Origin: Azolla caroliniana
Taxonomy: Eukaryota > Plantae > Polypodiophyta
Direction of reading: 5' to 3'
Length of the DNA: 64,000 nt
Assembly: GCA_043228905.1 (NCBI GenBank)
Contig: JBHGNT010000014.1
Span: forward strand, 3,472,001 to 3,536,000
In this document: positions 23,042-36,505 of the stretch, in pieces
Layout: every line of letters begins with the position of its first letter
Position numbering within the stretch: position 1 is the stretch's first letter
The notes under the pieces: generated by a model
What the model saw: the letters and a program-made list of their open reading frames with translations, nothing else
The model's database searches: none
Told to the model about the DNA's origin: nothing
Position numbers and translations under genes: made by a program

Positions 23042-23502
23042 TTTTTGCTTCGAGTCGTGTTCTTTTCGTGCACAGTACAGGGATGGGTGACCACCCGGGA
23101 AGTCCTGGGCACGGGTTGCGTTCTTTTCCCGCCGGAGCCGTTCCCGTGCGCGTGGGCCTCTTGGCATTCGTAGAGGCGGACGAGAGCATAGGATGGGTGA
23201 CGCGTAATGGGGGGCATTGTCATTCGGTGTGGGTTGAGAGTGTCATCCGTATCAACGAGAGGGCGTAAGAGGCTTTATGGGGTGGGCATGAGTGGCGAGG
23301 TTCGAATCCGGGCAGGGGATATATATATATATACATGTAGTCTTTCTCTAGGATCCAAAGCCTTAGCCTTAGCCTTCGCCGGCGCCCGTCGCGCGTGCGG
23401 TTGGGACGGTGACGTGGTGGGTCCCTCGATCTTAGTTGTCCTCGTAGAGCATTTTTGTGTAGGTTGGCATAGCATTAGTACCTCGGAACGCAGGGCACTG
23501 TC

Positions 23503-23621
23503 GTGGTGCGGTCATACCAGCGCTAATACACCGGATCCCATCAGAACTCCGCAGTTAAGCGCGCTTGGGCCAGAACAGTACTGGGATGGGTGACCTCCCG
23601 GGAAGTCCTGGTGCTGCACCC
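23503..23621 (+). rRNA. 5S rRNA (unit 41)
   Basis: Consensus copy. Confidence 0.97.
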
Positions 23622-24082
23622 TTTTTGCTTCGAGTCGTGTTCTTTTCGTGCACAGTACAGGGATGGGTGACCACCCGGGAAGTCCTGGGCACGGGTTGCG
23701 TTCTTTTCCCGCCGGAGCCGTTCCCGTGCGCGTGGGCCTCTTGGCATTCGTAGAGGCGGACGAGAGCATAGGATGGGTGACGCGTAATGGGGGGCATTGT
23801 CATTCGGTGTGGGTTGAGAGTGTCATCCGTATCAACGAGAGGGCGTAAGAGGCTTTATGGGGTGGGCATGAGTGGCGAGGTTCGAATCCGGGCAGGGGAT
23901 ATATATATATATACATGTAGTCTTTCTCTAGGATCCAAAGCCTTAGCCTTAGCCTTCGCCGGCGCCCGTCGCGCGTGCGGTTGGGACGGTGACGTGGTGG
24001 GTCCCTCGATCTTAGTTGTCCTCGTAGAGCATTTTTGTGTAGGTTGGCATAGCATTAGTACCTCGGAACGCAGGGCACTGTC

Positions 24083-24201
24083 GTGGTGCGGTCATACCAG
24101 CGCTAATACACCGGATCCCATCAGAACTCCGCAGTTAAGCGCGCTTGGGCCAGAACAGTACTGGGATGGGTGACCTCCCGGGAAGTCCTGGTGCTGCACC
24201 C
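24083..24201 (+). rRNA. 5S rRNA (unit 42)
   Basis: Consensus copy. Confidence 0.97.
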
Positions 24202-24672
24202 TTTTTGCTTCGAGTCGTGTTCTTTTCGTGCACAGTACAGGGATGGGTGACCACCCGGGAAGTCCTGGGCACGGGTTGCGTTCTTTTCCCGCCGGAGCCG
24301 TTCCCGTGCGCGTGGGCCTCTTGGCATTCGTAGAGGCGGACGAGAGCATAGGATGGGTGACGCGTAATGGGGGGCATTGTCATTCGGTGTGGGTTGAGAG
24401 TGTCATCCGTATCAACGAGAGGGCGTAAGAGGCTTTATGGGGTGGGCATGAGTGGCGAGGTTCGAATCCGGGCAGGGGATATATATATGTATATATATAT
24501 ATACATGTAGTCTTTCTCTAGGATCCAAAGCCTTAGCCTTAGCCTTCGCCGGCGCCCGTCGCGCGTGCGGTTGGGACGGTGACGTGGTGGGTCCCTCGAT
24601 CTTAGTTGTCCTCGTAGAGCATTTTTGTGTAGGTTGGCATAGCATTAGTACCTCGGAACGCAGGGCACTGTC

Positions 24673-24791
24673 GTGGTGCGGTCATACCAGCGCTAATACA
24701 CCGGATCCCATCAGAACTCCGCAGTTAAGCGCGCTTGGGCCAGAACAGTACTGGGATGGGTGACCTCCCGGGAAGTCCTGGTGCTGCACCC
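24673..24791 (+). rRNA. 5S rRNA (unit 43)
   Basis: Consensus copy. Confidence 0.97.
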
Positions 24792-25262
24792 TTTTTGCTT
24801 CGAGTCGTGTTCTTTTCGTGCACAGTACAGGGATGGGTGACCACCCGGGAAGTCCTGGGCACGGGTTGCGTTCTTTTCCCGCCGGAGCCGTTCCCGTGCG
24901 CGTGGGCCTCTTGGCATTCGTAGAGGCGGACGAGAGCATAGGATGGGTGACGCGTAATGGGGGGCATTGTCATTCGGTGTGGGTTGAGAGTGTCATCCGT
25001 ATCAACGAGAGGGCGTAAGAGGCTTTATGGGGTGGGCATGAGTGGCGAGGTTCGAATCCGGGCAGGGGATATATATATGTATATATATATATACATGTAG
25101 TCTTTCTCTAGGATCCAAAGCCTTAGCCTTAGCCTTCGCCGGCGCCCGTCGCGCGTGCGGTTGGGACGGTGACGTGGTGGGTCCCTCGATCTTAGTTGTC
25201 CTCGTAGAGCATTTTTGTGTAGGTTGGCATAGCATTAGTACCTCGGAACGCAGGGCACTGTC

Positions 25263-25381
25263 GTGGTGCGGTCATACCAGCGCTAATACACCGGATCCCA
25301 TCAGAACTCCGCAGTTAAGCGCGCTTGGGCCAGAACAGTACTGGGATGGGTGACCTCCCGGGAAGTCCTGGTGCTGCACCC
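25263..25381 (+). rRNA. 5S rRNA (unit 44)
   Basis: Consensus copy. Confidence 0.97.
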
Positions 25382-25858
25382 TTTTTGCTTCGAGTCGTGT
25401 TCTTTTCGTGCACAGTACAGGGATGGGTGACCACCCGGGAAGTCCTGGGCACGGGTTGCGTTCTTTTCCCGCCGGAGCCGTTCCCGTGCGCGTGGGCCTC
25501 TTGGCATTCGTAGAGGCGGACGAGAGCATAGGATGGGTGACGCGTAATGGGGGGCATTGTCATTCGGTGTGGGTTGAGAGTGTCATCCGTATCAACGAGA
25601 GGGCGTAAGAGGCTTTATGGGGTGGGCATGAGTGGCGAGGTTCGAATCCGGGCAGGGGATATATATATGTATATATATATATACATGTAGTCTTTCTCTA
25701 GGATCCAAAGCCTTAGCCTTAGCCTTCGCCGGCGCCCGTCGCGCGTGCGGTTGGGACGGTGACGGTGACGTGGTGGGTCCCTCGATCTTAGTTGTCCTCG
25801 TAGAGCATTTTTGTGTAGGTTGGCATAGCATTAGTACCTCGGAACGCAGGGCACTGTC

Positions 25859-25977
25859 GTGGTGCGGTCATACCAGCGCTAATACACCGGATCCCATCAG
25901 AACTCCGCAGTTAAGCGCGCTTGGGCCAGAACAGTACTGGGATGGGTGACCTCCCGGGAAGTCCTGGTGCTGCACCC
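25859..25977 (+). rRNA. 5S rRNA (unit 45)
   Basis: Consensus copy. Confidence 0.97.
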
Positions 25978-26446
25978 TTTTTGCTTCGAGTCGTGTTCTT
26001 TTCGTGCACAGTACAGGGATGGGTGACCACCCGGGAAGTCCTGGGCACGGGTTGCGTTCTTTTCCCGCCGGAGCCGTTCCCGTGCGCGTGGGCCTCTTGG
26101 CATTCGTAGAGGCGGACGAGAGCATAGGATGGGTGACGCGTAATGGGGGGCATTGTCATTCGGTGTGGGTTGAGAGTGTCATCCGTATCAACGAGAGGGC
26201 GTAAGAGGCTTTATGGGGTGGGCATGAGTGGCGAGGTTCGAATCCGGGCAGGGGATATATATATATATATATATATACATGTAGTCTTTCTCTAGGATCC
26301 AAAGCCTTAGCCTTAGCCTTCGCCGGCGCCCGTCGCGCGTGCGGTTGGGACGGTGACGTGGTGGGTCCCTCGATCTTAGTTGTCCTCGTAGAGCATTTTT
26401 GTGTAGGTTGGCATAGCATTAGTACCTCGGAACGCAGGGCACTGTC

Positions 26447-26565
26447 GTGGTGCGGTCATACCAGCGCTAATACACCGGATCCCATCAGAACTCCGCAGTT
26501 AAGCGCGCTTGGGCCAGAACAGTACTGGGATGGGTGACCTCCCGGGAAGTCCTGGTGCTGCACCC
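26447..26565 (+). rRNA. 5S rRNA (unit 46)
   Basis: Consensus copy. Confidence 0.97.
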
Positions 26566-27036
26566 TTTTTGCTTCGAGTCGTGTTCTTTTCGTGCACAGT
26601 ACAGGGATGGGTGACCACCCGGGAAGTCCTGGGCACGGGTTGCGTTCTTTTCCCGCCGGAGCCGTTCCCGTGCGCGTGGGCCTCTTGGCATTCGTAGAGG
26701 CGGACGAGAGCATAGGATGGGTGACGCGTAATGGGGGGCATTGTCATTCGGTGTGGGTTGAGAGTGTCATCCGTATCAACGAGAGGGCGTAAGAGGCTTT
26801 ATGGGGTGGGCATGAGTGGCGAGGTTCGAATCCGGGCAGGGGATATATATATGTATATATATATATACATGTAGTCTTTCTCTAGGATCCAAAGCCTTAG
26901 CCTTAGCCTTCGCCGGCGCCCGTCGCGCGTGCGGTTGGGACGGTGACGTGGTGGGTCCCTCGATCTTAGTTGTCCTCGTAGAGCATTTTTGTGTAGGTTG
27001 GCATAGCATTAGTACCTCGGAACGCAGGGCACTGTC

Positions 27037-27155
27037 GTGGTGCGGTCATACCAGCGCTAATACACCGGATCCCATCAGAACTCCGCAGTTAAGCGCGCTT
27101 GGGCCAGAACAGTACTGGGATGGGTGACCTCCCGGGAAGTCCTGGTGCTGCACCC
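27037..27155 (+). rRNA. 5S rRNA (unit 47)
   Basis: Consensus copy. Confidence 0.97.
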
Positions 27156-27616
27156 TTTTTGCTTCGAGTCGTGTTCTTTTCGTGCACAGTACAGGGATGG
27201 GTGACCACCCGGGAAGTCCTGGGCACGGGTTGCGTTCTTTTCCCGCCGGAGCCGTTCCCGTGCGCGTGGGCCTCTTGGCATTCGTAGAGGCGGACGAGAG
27301 CATAGGATGGGTGACGCGTAATGGGGGGCATTGTCATTCGGTGTGGGTTGAGAGTGTCATCCGTATCAACGAGAGGGCGTAAGAGGCTTTATGGGGTGGG
27401 CATGAGTGGCGAGGTTCGAATCCGGGCAGGGGATATATATATATATACATGTAGTCTTTCTCTAGGATCCAAAGCCTTAGCCTTAGCCTTCGCCGGCGCC
27501 CGTCGCGCGTGCGGTTGGGACGGTGACGTGGTGGGTCCCTCGATCTTAGTTGTCCTCGTAGAGCATTTTTGTGTAGGTTGGCATAGCATTAGTACCTCGG
27601 AACGCAGGGCACTGTC

Positions 27617-27735
27617 GTGGTGCGGTCATACCAGCGCTAATACACCGGATCCCATCAGAACTCCGCAGTTAAGCGCGCTTGGGCCAGAACAGTACTGGGA
27701 TGGGTGACCTCCCGGGAAGTCCTGGTGCTGCACCC
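27617..27735 (+). rRNA. 5S rRNA (unit 48)
   Basis: Consensus copy. Confidence 0.97.
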
Positions 27736-28206
27736 TTTTTGCTTCGAGTCGTGTTCTTTTCGTGCACAGTACAGGGATGGGTGACCACCCGGGAAGTCCT
27801 GGGCACGGGTTGCGTTCTTTTCCCGCCGGAGCCGTTCCCGTGCGCGTGGGCCTCTTGGCATTCGTAGAGGCGGACGAGAGCATAGGATGGGTGACGCGTA
27901 ATGGGGGGCATTGTCATTCGGTGTGGGTTGAGAGTGTCATCCGTATCAACGAGAGGGCGTAAGAGGCTTTATGGGGTGGGCATGAGTGGCGAGGTTCGAA
28001 TCCGGGCAGGGGATATATATATGTATATATATATATACATGTAGTCTTTCTCTAGGATCCAAAGCCTTAGCCTTAGCCTTCGCCGGCGCCCGTCGCGCGT
28101 GCGGTTGGGACGGTGACGTGGTGGGTCCCTCGATCTTAGTTGTCCTCGTAGAGCATTTTTGTGTAGGTTGGCATAGCATTAGTACCTCGGAACGCAGGGC
28201 ACTGTC

Positions 28207-28325
28207 GTGGTGCGGTCATACCAGCGCTAATACACCGGATCCCATCAGAACTCCGCAGTTAAGCGCGCTTGGGCCAGAACAGTACTGGGATGGGTGACCT
28301 CCCGGGAAGTCCTGGTGCTGCACCC
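28207..28325 (+). rRNA. 5S rRNA (unit 49)
   Basis: Consensus copy. Confidence 0.97.
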
Positions 28326-28786
28326 TTTTTGCTTCGAGTCGTGTTCTTTTCGTGCACAGTACAGGGATGGGTGACCACCCGGGAAGTCCTGGGCACGGGT
28401 TGCGTTCTTTTCCCGCCGGAGCCGTTCCCGTGCGCGTGGGCCTCTTGGCATTCGTAGAGGCGGACGAGAGCATAGGATGGGTGACGCGTAATGGGGGGCA
28501 TTGTCATTCGGTGTGGGTTGAGAGTGTCATCCGTATCAACGAGAGGGCGTAAGAGGCTTTATGGGGTGGGCATGAGTGGCGAGGTTCGAATCCGGGCAGG
28601 GGATATATATATATATACATGTAGTCTTTCTCTAGGATCCAAAGCCTTAGCCTTAGCCTTCGCCGGCGCCCGTCGCGCGTGCGGTTGGGACGGTGACGTG
28701 GTGGGTCCCTCGATCTTAGTTGTCCTCGTAGAGCATTTTTGTGTAGGTTGGCATAGCATTAGTACCTCGGAACGCAGGGCACTGTC

Positions 28787-28905
28787 GTGGTGCGGTCATA
28801 CCAGCGCTAATACACCGGATCCCATCAGAACTCCGCAGTTAAGCGCGCTTGGGCCAGAACAGTACTGGGATGGGTGACCTCCCGGGAAGTCCTGGTGCTG
28901 CACCC
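28787..28905 (+). rRNA. 5S rRNA (unit 50)
   Basis: Consensus copy. Confidence 0.97.
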
Positions 28906-29376
28906 TTTTTGCTTCGAGTCGTGTTCTTTTCGTGCACAGTACAGGGATGGGTGACCACCCGGGAAGTCCTGGGCACGGGTTGCGTTCTTTTCCCGCCGGA
29001 GCCGTTCCCGTGCGCGTGGGCCTCTTGGCATTCGTAGAGGCGGACGAGAGCATAGGATGGGTGACGCGTAATGGGGGGCATTGTCATTCGGTGTGGGTTG
29101 AGAGTGTCATCCGTATCAACGAGAGGGCGTAAGAGGCTTTATGGGGTGGGCATGAGTGGCGAGGTTCGAATCCGGGCAGGGGATATATATATGTATATAT
29201 ATATATACATGTAGTCTTTCTCTAGGATCCAAAGCCTTAGCCTTAGCCTTCGCCGGCGCCCGTCGCGCGTGCGGTTGGGACGGTGACGTGGTGGGTCCCT
29301 CGATCTTAGTTGTCCTCGTAGAGCATTTTTGTGTAGGTTGGCATAGCATTAGTACCTCGGAACGCAGGGCACTGTC

Positions 29377-29495
29377 GTGGTGCGGTCATACCAGCGCTAA
29401 TACACCGGATCCCATCAGAACTCCGCAGTTAAGCGCGCTTGGGCCAGAACAGTACTGGGATGGGTGACCTCCCGGGAAGTCCTGGTGCTGCACCC
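29377..29495 (+). rRNA. 5S rRNA (unit 51)
   Basis: Consensus copy. Confidence 0.97.
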
Positions 29496-29966
29496 TTTTT
29501 GCTTCGAGTCGTGTTCTTTTCGTGCACAGTACAGGGATGGGTGACCACCCGGGAAGTCCTGGGCACGGGTTGCGTTCTTTTCCCGCCGGAGCCGTTCCCG
29601 TGCGCGTGGGCCTCTTGGCATTCGTAGAGGCGGACGAGAGCATAGGATGGGTGACGCGTAATGGGGGGCATTGTCATTCGGTGTGGGTTGAGAGTGTCAT
29701 CCGTATCAACGAGAGGGCGTAAGAGGCTTTATGGGGTGGGCATGAGTGGCGAGGTTCGAATCCGGGCAGGGGATATATATATGTATATATATATATACAT
29801 GTAGTCTTTCTCTAGGATCCAAAGCCTTAGCCTTAGCCTTCGCCGGCGCCCGTCGCGCGTGCGGTTGGGACGGTGACGTGGTGGGTCCCTCGATCTTAGT
29901 TGTCCTCGTAGAGCATTTTTGTGTAGGTTGGCATAGCATTAGTACCTCGGAACGCAGGGCACTGTC

Positions 29967-30085
29967 GTGGTGCGGTCATACCAGCGCTAATACACCGGAT
30001 CCCATCAGAACTCCGCAGTTAAGCGCGCTTGGGCCAGAACAGTACTGGGATGGGTGACCTCCCGGGAAGTCCTGGTGCTGCACCC
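29967..30085 (+). rRNA. 5S rRNA (unit 52)
   Basis: Consensus copy. Confidence 0.97.
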
Positions 30086-30556
30086 TTTTTGCTTCGAGTC
30101 GTGTTCTTTTCGTGCACAGTACAGGGATGGGTGACCACCCGGGAAGTCCTGGGCACGGGTTGCGTTCTTTTCCCGCCGGAGCCGTTCCCGTGCGCGTGGG
30201 CCTCTTGGCATTCGTAGAGGCGGACGAGAGCATAGGATGGGTGACGCGTAATGGGGGGCATTGTCATTCGGTGTGGGTTGAGAGTGTCATCCGTATCAAC
30301 GAGAGGGCGTAAGAGGCTTTATGGGGTGGGCATGAGTGGCGAGGTTCGAATCCGGGCAGGGGATATATATATGTATATATATATATACATGTAGTCTTTC
30401 TCTAGGATCCAAAGCCTTAGCCTTAGCCTTCGCCGGCGCCCGTCGCGCGTGCGGTTGGGACGGTGACGTGGTGGGTCCCTCGATCTTAGTTGTCCTCGTA
30501 GAGCATTTTTGTGTAGGTTGGCATAGCATTAGTACCTCGGAACGCAGGGCACTGTC

Positions 30557-30675
30557 GTGGTGCGGTCATACCAGCGCTAATACACCGGATCCCATCAGAA
30601 CTCCGCAGTTAAGCGCGCTTGGGCCAGAACAGTACTGGGATGGGTGACCTCCCGGGAAGTCCTGGTGCTGCACCC
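30557..30675 (+). rRNA. 5S rRNA (unit 53)
   Basis: Consensus copy. Confidence 0.97.
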
Positions 30676-31136
30676 TTTTTGCTTCGAGTCGTGTTCTTTT
30701 CGTGCACAGTACAGGGATGGGTGACCACCCGGGAAGTCCTGGGCACGGGTTGCGTTCTTTTCCCGCCGGAGCCGTTCCCGTGCGCGTGGGCCTCTTGGCA
30801 TTCGTAGAGGCGGACGAGAGCATAGGATGGGTGACGCGTAATGGGGGGCATTGTCATTCGGTGTGGGTTGAGAGTGTCATCCGTATCAACGAGAGGGCGT
30901 AAGAGGCTTTATGGGGTGGGCATGAGTGGCGAGGTTCGAATCCGGGCAGGGGATATATATATATATACATGTAGTCTTTCTCTAGGATCCAAAGCCTTAG
31001 CCTTAGCCTTCGCCGGCGCCCGTCGCGCGTGCGGTTGGGACGGTGACGTGGTGGGTCCCTCGATCTTAGTTGTCCTCGTAGAGCATTTTTGTGTAGGTTG
31101 GCATAGCATTAGTACCTCGGAACGCAGGGCACTGTC

Positions 31137-31255
31137 GTGGTGCGGTCATACCAGCGCTAATACACCGGATCCCATCAGAACTCCGCAGTTAAGCGCGCTT
31201 GGGCCAGAACAGTACTGGGATGGGTGACCTCCCGGGAAGTCCTGGTGCTGCACCC
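31137..31255 (+). rRNA. 5S rRNA (unit 54)
   Basis: Consensus copy. Confidence 0.97.
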
Positions 31256-31726
31256 TTTTTGCTTCGAGTCGTGTTCTTTTCGTGCACAGTACAGGGATGG
31301 GTGACCACCCGGGAAGTCCTGGGCACGGGTTGCGTTCTTTTCCCGCCGGAGCCGTTCCCGTGCGCGTGGGCCTCTTGGCATTCGTAGAGGCGGACGAGAG
31401 CATAGGATGGGTGACGCGTAATGGGGGGCATTGTCATTCGGTGTGGGTTGAGAGTGTCATCCGTATCAACGAGAGGGCGTAAGAGGCTTTATGGGGTGGG
31501 CATGAGTGGCGAGGTTCGAATCCGGGCAGGGGATATATATATGTATATATATATATACATGTAGTCTTTCTCTAGGATCCAAAGCCTTAGCCTTAGCCTT
31601 CGCCGGCGCCCGTCGCGCGTGCGGTTGGGACGGTGACGTGGTGGGTCCCTCGATCTTAGTTGTCCTCGTAGAGCATTTTTGTGTAGGTTGGCATAGCATT
31701 AGTACCTCGGAACGCAGGGCACTGTC

Positions 31727-31845
31727 GTGGTGCGGTCATACCAGCGCTAATACACCGGATCCCATCAGAACTCAGCAGTTAAGCGCGCTTGGGCCAGAAC
31801 AGTACTGGGATGGGTGACCTCCCGGGAAGTCCTGGTGCTGCACCC
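31727..31845 (+). rRNA. 5S rRNA (unit 55)
   Basis: C+48A. Confidence 0.92.
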
Positions 31846-32306
31846 TTTTTGCTTCGAGTCGTGTTCTTTTCGTGCACAGTACAGGGATGGGTGACCACCC
31901 GGGAAGTCCTGGGCACGGGTTGCGTTCTTTTCCCGCCGGAGCCGTTCCCGTGCGCGTGGGCCTCTTGGCATTCGTAGAGGCGGACGAGAGCATAGGATGG
32001 GTGACGCGTAATGGGGGGCATTGTCATTCGGTGTGGGTTGAGAGTGTCATCCGTATCAACGAGAGGGCGTAAGAGGCTTTATGGGGTGGGCATGAGTGGC
32101 GAGGTTCGAATCCGGGCAGGGGATATATATATATATACATGTAGTCTTTCTCTAGGATCCAAAGCCTTAGCCTTAGCCTTCGCCGGCGCCCGTCGCGCGT
32201 GCGGTTGGGACGGTGACGTGGTGGGTCCCTCGATCTTAGTTGTCCTCGTAGAGCATTTTTGTGTAGGTTGGCATAGCATTAGTACCTCGGAACGCAGGGC
32301 ACTGTC

Positions 32307-32425
32307 GTGGTGCGGTCATACCAGCGCTAATACACCGGATCCCATCAGAACTCCGCAGTTAAGCACGCTTGGGCCAGAACAGTACTGGGATGGGTGACCT
32401 TCCGGGAAGTCCTGGTGCTGCACCC
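32307..32425 (+). rRNA. 5S rRNA (unit 56)
   Basis: G+59A and C+95T. Confidence 0.9.
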
Positions 32426-32886
32426 TTTTTGCTTCGAGTCGTGTTCTTTTCGTGCACAGTACAGGGATGGGTGACCACCCGGGAAGTCCTGGGCACGGGT
32501 TGCGTTCTTTTCCCGCCGGAGCCGTTCCCGTGCGCGTGGGCCTCTTGGCATTCGTAGAGGCGGACGAGAGCATAGGATGGGTGACGCGTAATGGGGGGCA
32601 TTGTCATTCGGTGTGGGTTGAGAGTGTCATCCGTATCAACGAGAGGGCGTAAGAGGCTTTATGGGGTGGGCATGAGTGGCGAGGTTCGAATCCGGGCAGG
32701 GGATATATATATATATACATGTAGTCTTTCTCTAGGATCCAAAGCCTTAGCCTTAGCCTTCGCCGGCGCCCGTCGCGCGTGCGGTTGGGACGGTGACGTG
32801 GTGGGTCCCTCGATCTTAGTTGTCCTCGTAGAGCATTTTTGTGTAGGTTGGCATAGCATTAGTACCTCGGAACGCAGGGCACTGTC

Positions 32887-33005
32887 GTGGTGCGGTCATA
32901 CCAGCGCTAATACACCGGATCCCATCAGAACTCCGCAGTTAAGCGCGCTTGGGCCAGAACAGTACTGGGATGGGTGACCTCCCGGGAAGTCCTGGTGCTG
33001 CACCC
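32887..33005 (+). rRNA. 5S rRNA (unit 57)
   Basis: Consensus copy. Confidence 0.97.
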
Positions 33006-33476
33006 TTTTTGCTTCGAGTCGTGTTCTTTTCGTGCACAGTACAGGGATGGGTGACCACCCGGGAAGTCCTGGGCACGGGTTGCGTTCTTTTCCCGCCGGA
33101 GCCGTTCCCGTGCGCGTGGGCCTCTTGGCATTCGTAGAGGCGGACGAGAGCATAGGATGGGTGACGCGTAATGGGGGGCATTGTCATTCGGTGTGGGTTG
33201 AGAGTGTCATCCGTATCAACGAGAGGGCGTAAGAGGCTTTATGGGGTGGGCATGAGTGGCGAGGTTCGAATCCGGGCAGGGGATATATATATGTATATAT
33301 ATATATACATGTAGTCTTTCTCTAGGATCCAAAGCCTTAGCCTTAGCCTTCGCCGGCGCCCGTCGCGCGTGCGGTTGGGACGGTGACGTGGTGGGTCCCT
33401 CGATCTTAGTTGTCCTCGTAGAGCATTTTTGTGTAGGTTGGCATAGCATTAGTACCTCGGAACGCAGGGCACTGTC

Positions 33477-33595
33477 GTGGTGCGGTCATACCAGCGCTAG
33501 TACACCGGATCCCATCAGAACTCCGCAGTTAAGCGCGCTTGGGCCAGAACAGTACTGGGATGGGTGACCTCCCGGGAAGTCCTGGTGCTGCACCC
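33477..33595 (+). rRNA. 5S rRNA (unit 58)
   Basis: A+24G. Confidence 0.93.
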
Positions 33596-34056
33596 TTTTT
33601 GCTTCGAGTCGTGTTCTTTTCGTGCACAGTACAGGGATGGGTGACCACCCGGGAAGTTCTGGGCACGGGTTGCGTTCTTTTCCCGCCGGAGCCGTTCCCG
33701 TGCGCGTGGGCCTCTTGGCATTCGTAGAGGCGGACGAGAGCATAGGATGGGTGACGCGTAATGGGGGGCATTGTCATTCGGTGTGGGTTGAGAGTGTCAT
33801 CCGTATCAACGAGAGGGCGTAAGAGGCTTTATGGGGTGGGCATGAGTGGCGAGGTTCGAATCCGGGCAGGGGATATATATATATATACATGTAGTCTTTC
33901 TCTAGGATCCAAAGCCTTAGCCTTAGCCTTCGCCGGCGCCCGTCGCGCGTGCGGTTGGGACGGTGACGTGGTGGGTCCCTCGATCTTAGTTGTCCTCGTA
34001 GAGCATTTTTGTGTAGGTTGGCATAGCATTAGTACCTCGGAACGCAGGGCACTATC

Positions 34057-34175
34057 GTGGTGCGGTCATACCAGCGCTAATACACCGGATCCCATCAGAA
34101 CTCCGCAGTTAAGCGCGCTTGGGCCAGAACAGTACTGGGATGGGTGACCTCCCGGGAAGTCCTGGTGCTGCACCC
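34057..34175 (+). rRNA. 5S rRNA (unit 59)
   Basis: Consensus copy. Confidence 0.97.
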
Positions 34176-34636
34176 TTTTTGCTTCGAGTCGTGTTCTTTT
34201 CGTGCACAGTACAGGGATGGGTGACCACCCGGGAAGTTCTGGGCACGGGTTGCGTTCTTTTCCCGCCGGAGCCGTTCCCGTGCGCGTGGGCCTCTTGGCA
34301 TTCGTAGAGGCGGACGAGAGCATAGGATGGGTGACGCGTAATGGGGGGCATTGTCATTCGGTGTGGGTTGAGAGTGTCATCCGTATCAACGAGAGGGCGT
34401 AAGAGGCTTTATGGGGTGGGCATGAGTGGCGAGGTTCGAATCCGGGCAGGGGATATATATATATATACATGTAGTCTTTCTCTAGGATCCAAAGCCTTAG
34501 CCTTAGCCTTCGCCGGCGCCCGTCGCGCGTGCGGTTGGGACGGTGACGTGGTGGGTCCCTCGATCTTAGTTGTCCTCGTAGAGCATTTTTGTGTAGGTTG
34601 GCATAGCATTAGTACCTCGGAACGCAGGGCACTGTC

Positions 34637-34755
34637 GTGGTGCGGTCATACCAGCGCTAATACACCGGATCCCATCAGAACTCCGCAGTTAAGCGCGCTT
34701 GGGCCAGAACAGTACTGGGATGGGTGACCTCCCGGGAAGTCCTGGTGCTGCACCC
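34637..34755 (+). rRNA. 5S rRNA (unit 60)
   Basis: Consensus copy. Confidence 0.97.
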
Positions 34756-35216
34756 TTTTTGCTTCGAGTCGTGTTCTTTTCGTGCACAGTACAGGGATGG
34801 GTGACCACCCGGGAAGTCCTGGGCACGGGTTGCGTTCTTTTCCCGCCGGAGCCGTTCCCGTGCGCGTGGGCCTCTTGGCATTCGTAGAGGCGGACGAGAG
34901 CATAGGATGGGTGACGCGTAATGGGGGGCATTGTCATTCGGTGTGGGTTGAGAGTGTCATCCGTATCAACGAGAGGGCGTAAGAGGCTTTATGGGGTGGG
35001 CATGAGTGGCGAGGTTCGAATCCGGGCAGGGGATATATATATATATACATGTAGTCTTTCTCTAGGATCCAAAGCCTTAGCCTTAGCCTTCGCCGGCGCC
35101 CGTCGCGCGTGCGGTTGGGACGGTGACGTGGTGGGTCCCTCGATCTTAGTTGTCCTCGTAGAGCATTTTTGTGTAGGTTGGCATAGCATTAGTACCTCGG
35201 AACGCAGGGCACTGTC

Positions 35217-35335
35217 GTGGTGCGGTCATACCAGCGCTAATACACCGGATCCCATCAGAACTCCGCAGTTAAGCGCGCTTGGGCCAGAACAGTACTGGGA
35301 TGGGTGACCTCCCGGGAAGTCCTGGTGCTGCACCC
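35217..35335 (+). rRNA. 5S rRNA (unit 61)
   Basis: Consensus copy. Confidence 0.97.
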
Positions 35336-35806
35336 TTTTTGCTTCGAGTCGTGTTCTTTTCGTGCACAGTACAGGGATGGGTGACCACCCGGGAAGTCCT
35401 GGGCACGGGTTGCGTTCTTTTCCCGCCGGAGCCGTTCCCGTGCGCGTGGGCCTCTTGGCATTCGTAGAGGCGGACGAGAGCATAGGATGGGTGACGCGTA
35501 ATGGGGGGCATTGTCATTCGGTGTGGGTTGAGAGTGTCATCCGTATCAACGAGAGGGCGTAAGAGGCTTTATGGGGTGGGCATGAGTGGCGAGGTTCGAA
35601 TCCGGGCAGGGGATATATATATGTATATATATATATACATGTAGTCTTTCTCTAGGATCCAAAGCCTTAGCCTTAGCCTTCGCCGGCGCCCGTCGCGCGT
35701 GCGGTTGGGACGGTGACGTGGTGGGTCCCTCGATCTTAGTTGTCCTCGTAGAGCATTTTTGTGTAGGTTGGCATAGCATTAGTACCTCGGAACGCAGGGC
35801 ACTGTC

Positions 35807-35925
35807 GTGGTGCGGTCATACCAGCGCTAATACACCGGATCCCATCAGAACTCCGCAGTTAAGCGCGCTTGGGCCAGAACAGTACTGGGATGGGTGACCT
35901 CCCGGGAAGTCCTGGTGCTGCACCC
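35807..35925 (+). rRNA. 5S rRNA (unit 62)
   Basis: Consensus copy. Confidence 0.97.
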
Positions 35926-36386
35926 TTTTTGCTTCGAGTCGTGTTCTTTTCGTGCACAGTACAGGGATGGGTGACCACCCGGGAAGTCCTGGGCACGGGT
36001 TGCGTTCTTTTCCCGCCGGAGCCGTTCCCGTGCGCGTGGGCCTCTTGGCATTCGTAGAGGCGGACGAGAGCATAGGATGGGTGACGCGTAATGGGGGGCA
36101 TTGTCATTCGGTGTGGGTTGAGAGTGTCATCCGTATCAACGAGAGGGCGTAAGAGGCTTTATGGGGTGGGCATGAGTGGCGAGGTTCGAATCCGGGCAGG
36201 GGATATATATATATATACATGTAGTCTTTCTCTAGGATCCAAAGCCTTAGCCTTAGCCTTCGCCGGCGCCCGTCGCGCGTGCGGTTGGGACGGTGACGTG
36301 GTGGGTCCCTCGATCTTAGTTGTCCTCGTAGAGCATTTTTGTGTAGGTTGGCATAGCATTAGTACCTCGGAACGCAGGGCACTGTC

Positions 36387-36505
36387 GTGGTGCGGTCATA
36401 CCAGCGCTAATACACCGGATCCCATCAGAACTCCGCAGTTAAGCGCGCTTGGGCCAGAACAGTACTGGGATGGGTGACCTCCCGGGAAGTCCTGGTGCTG
36501 CACCC
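36387..36505 (+). rRNA. 5S rRNA (unit 63)
   Basis: Consensus copy. Confidence 0.97.
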
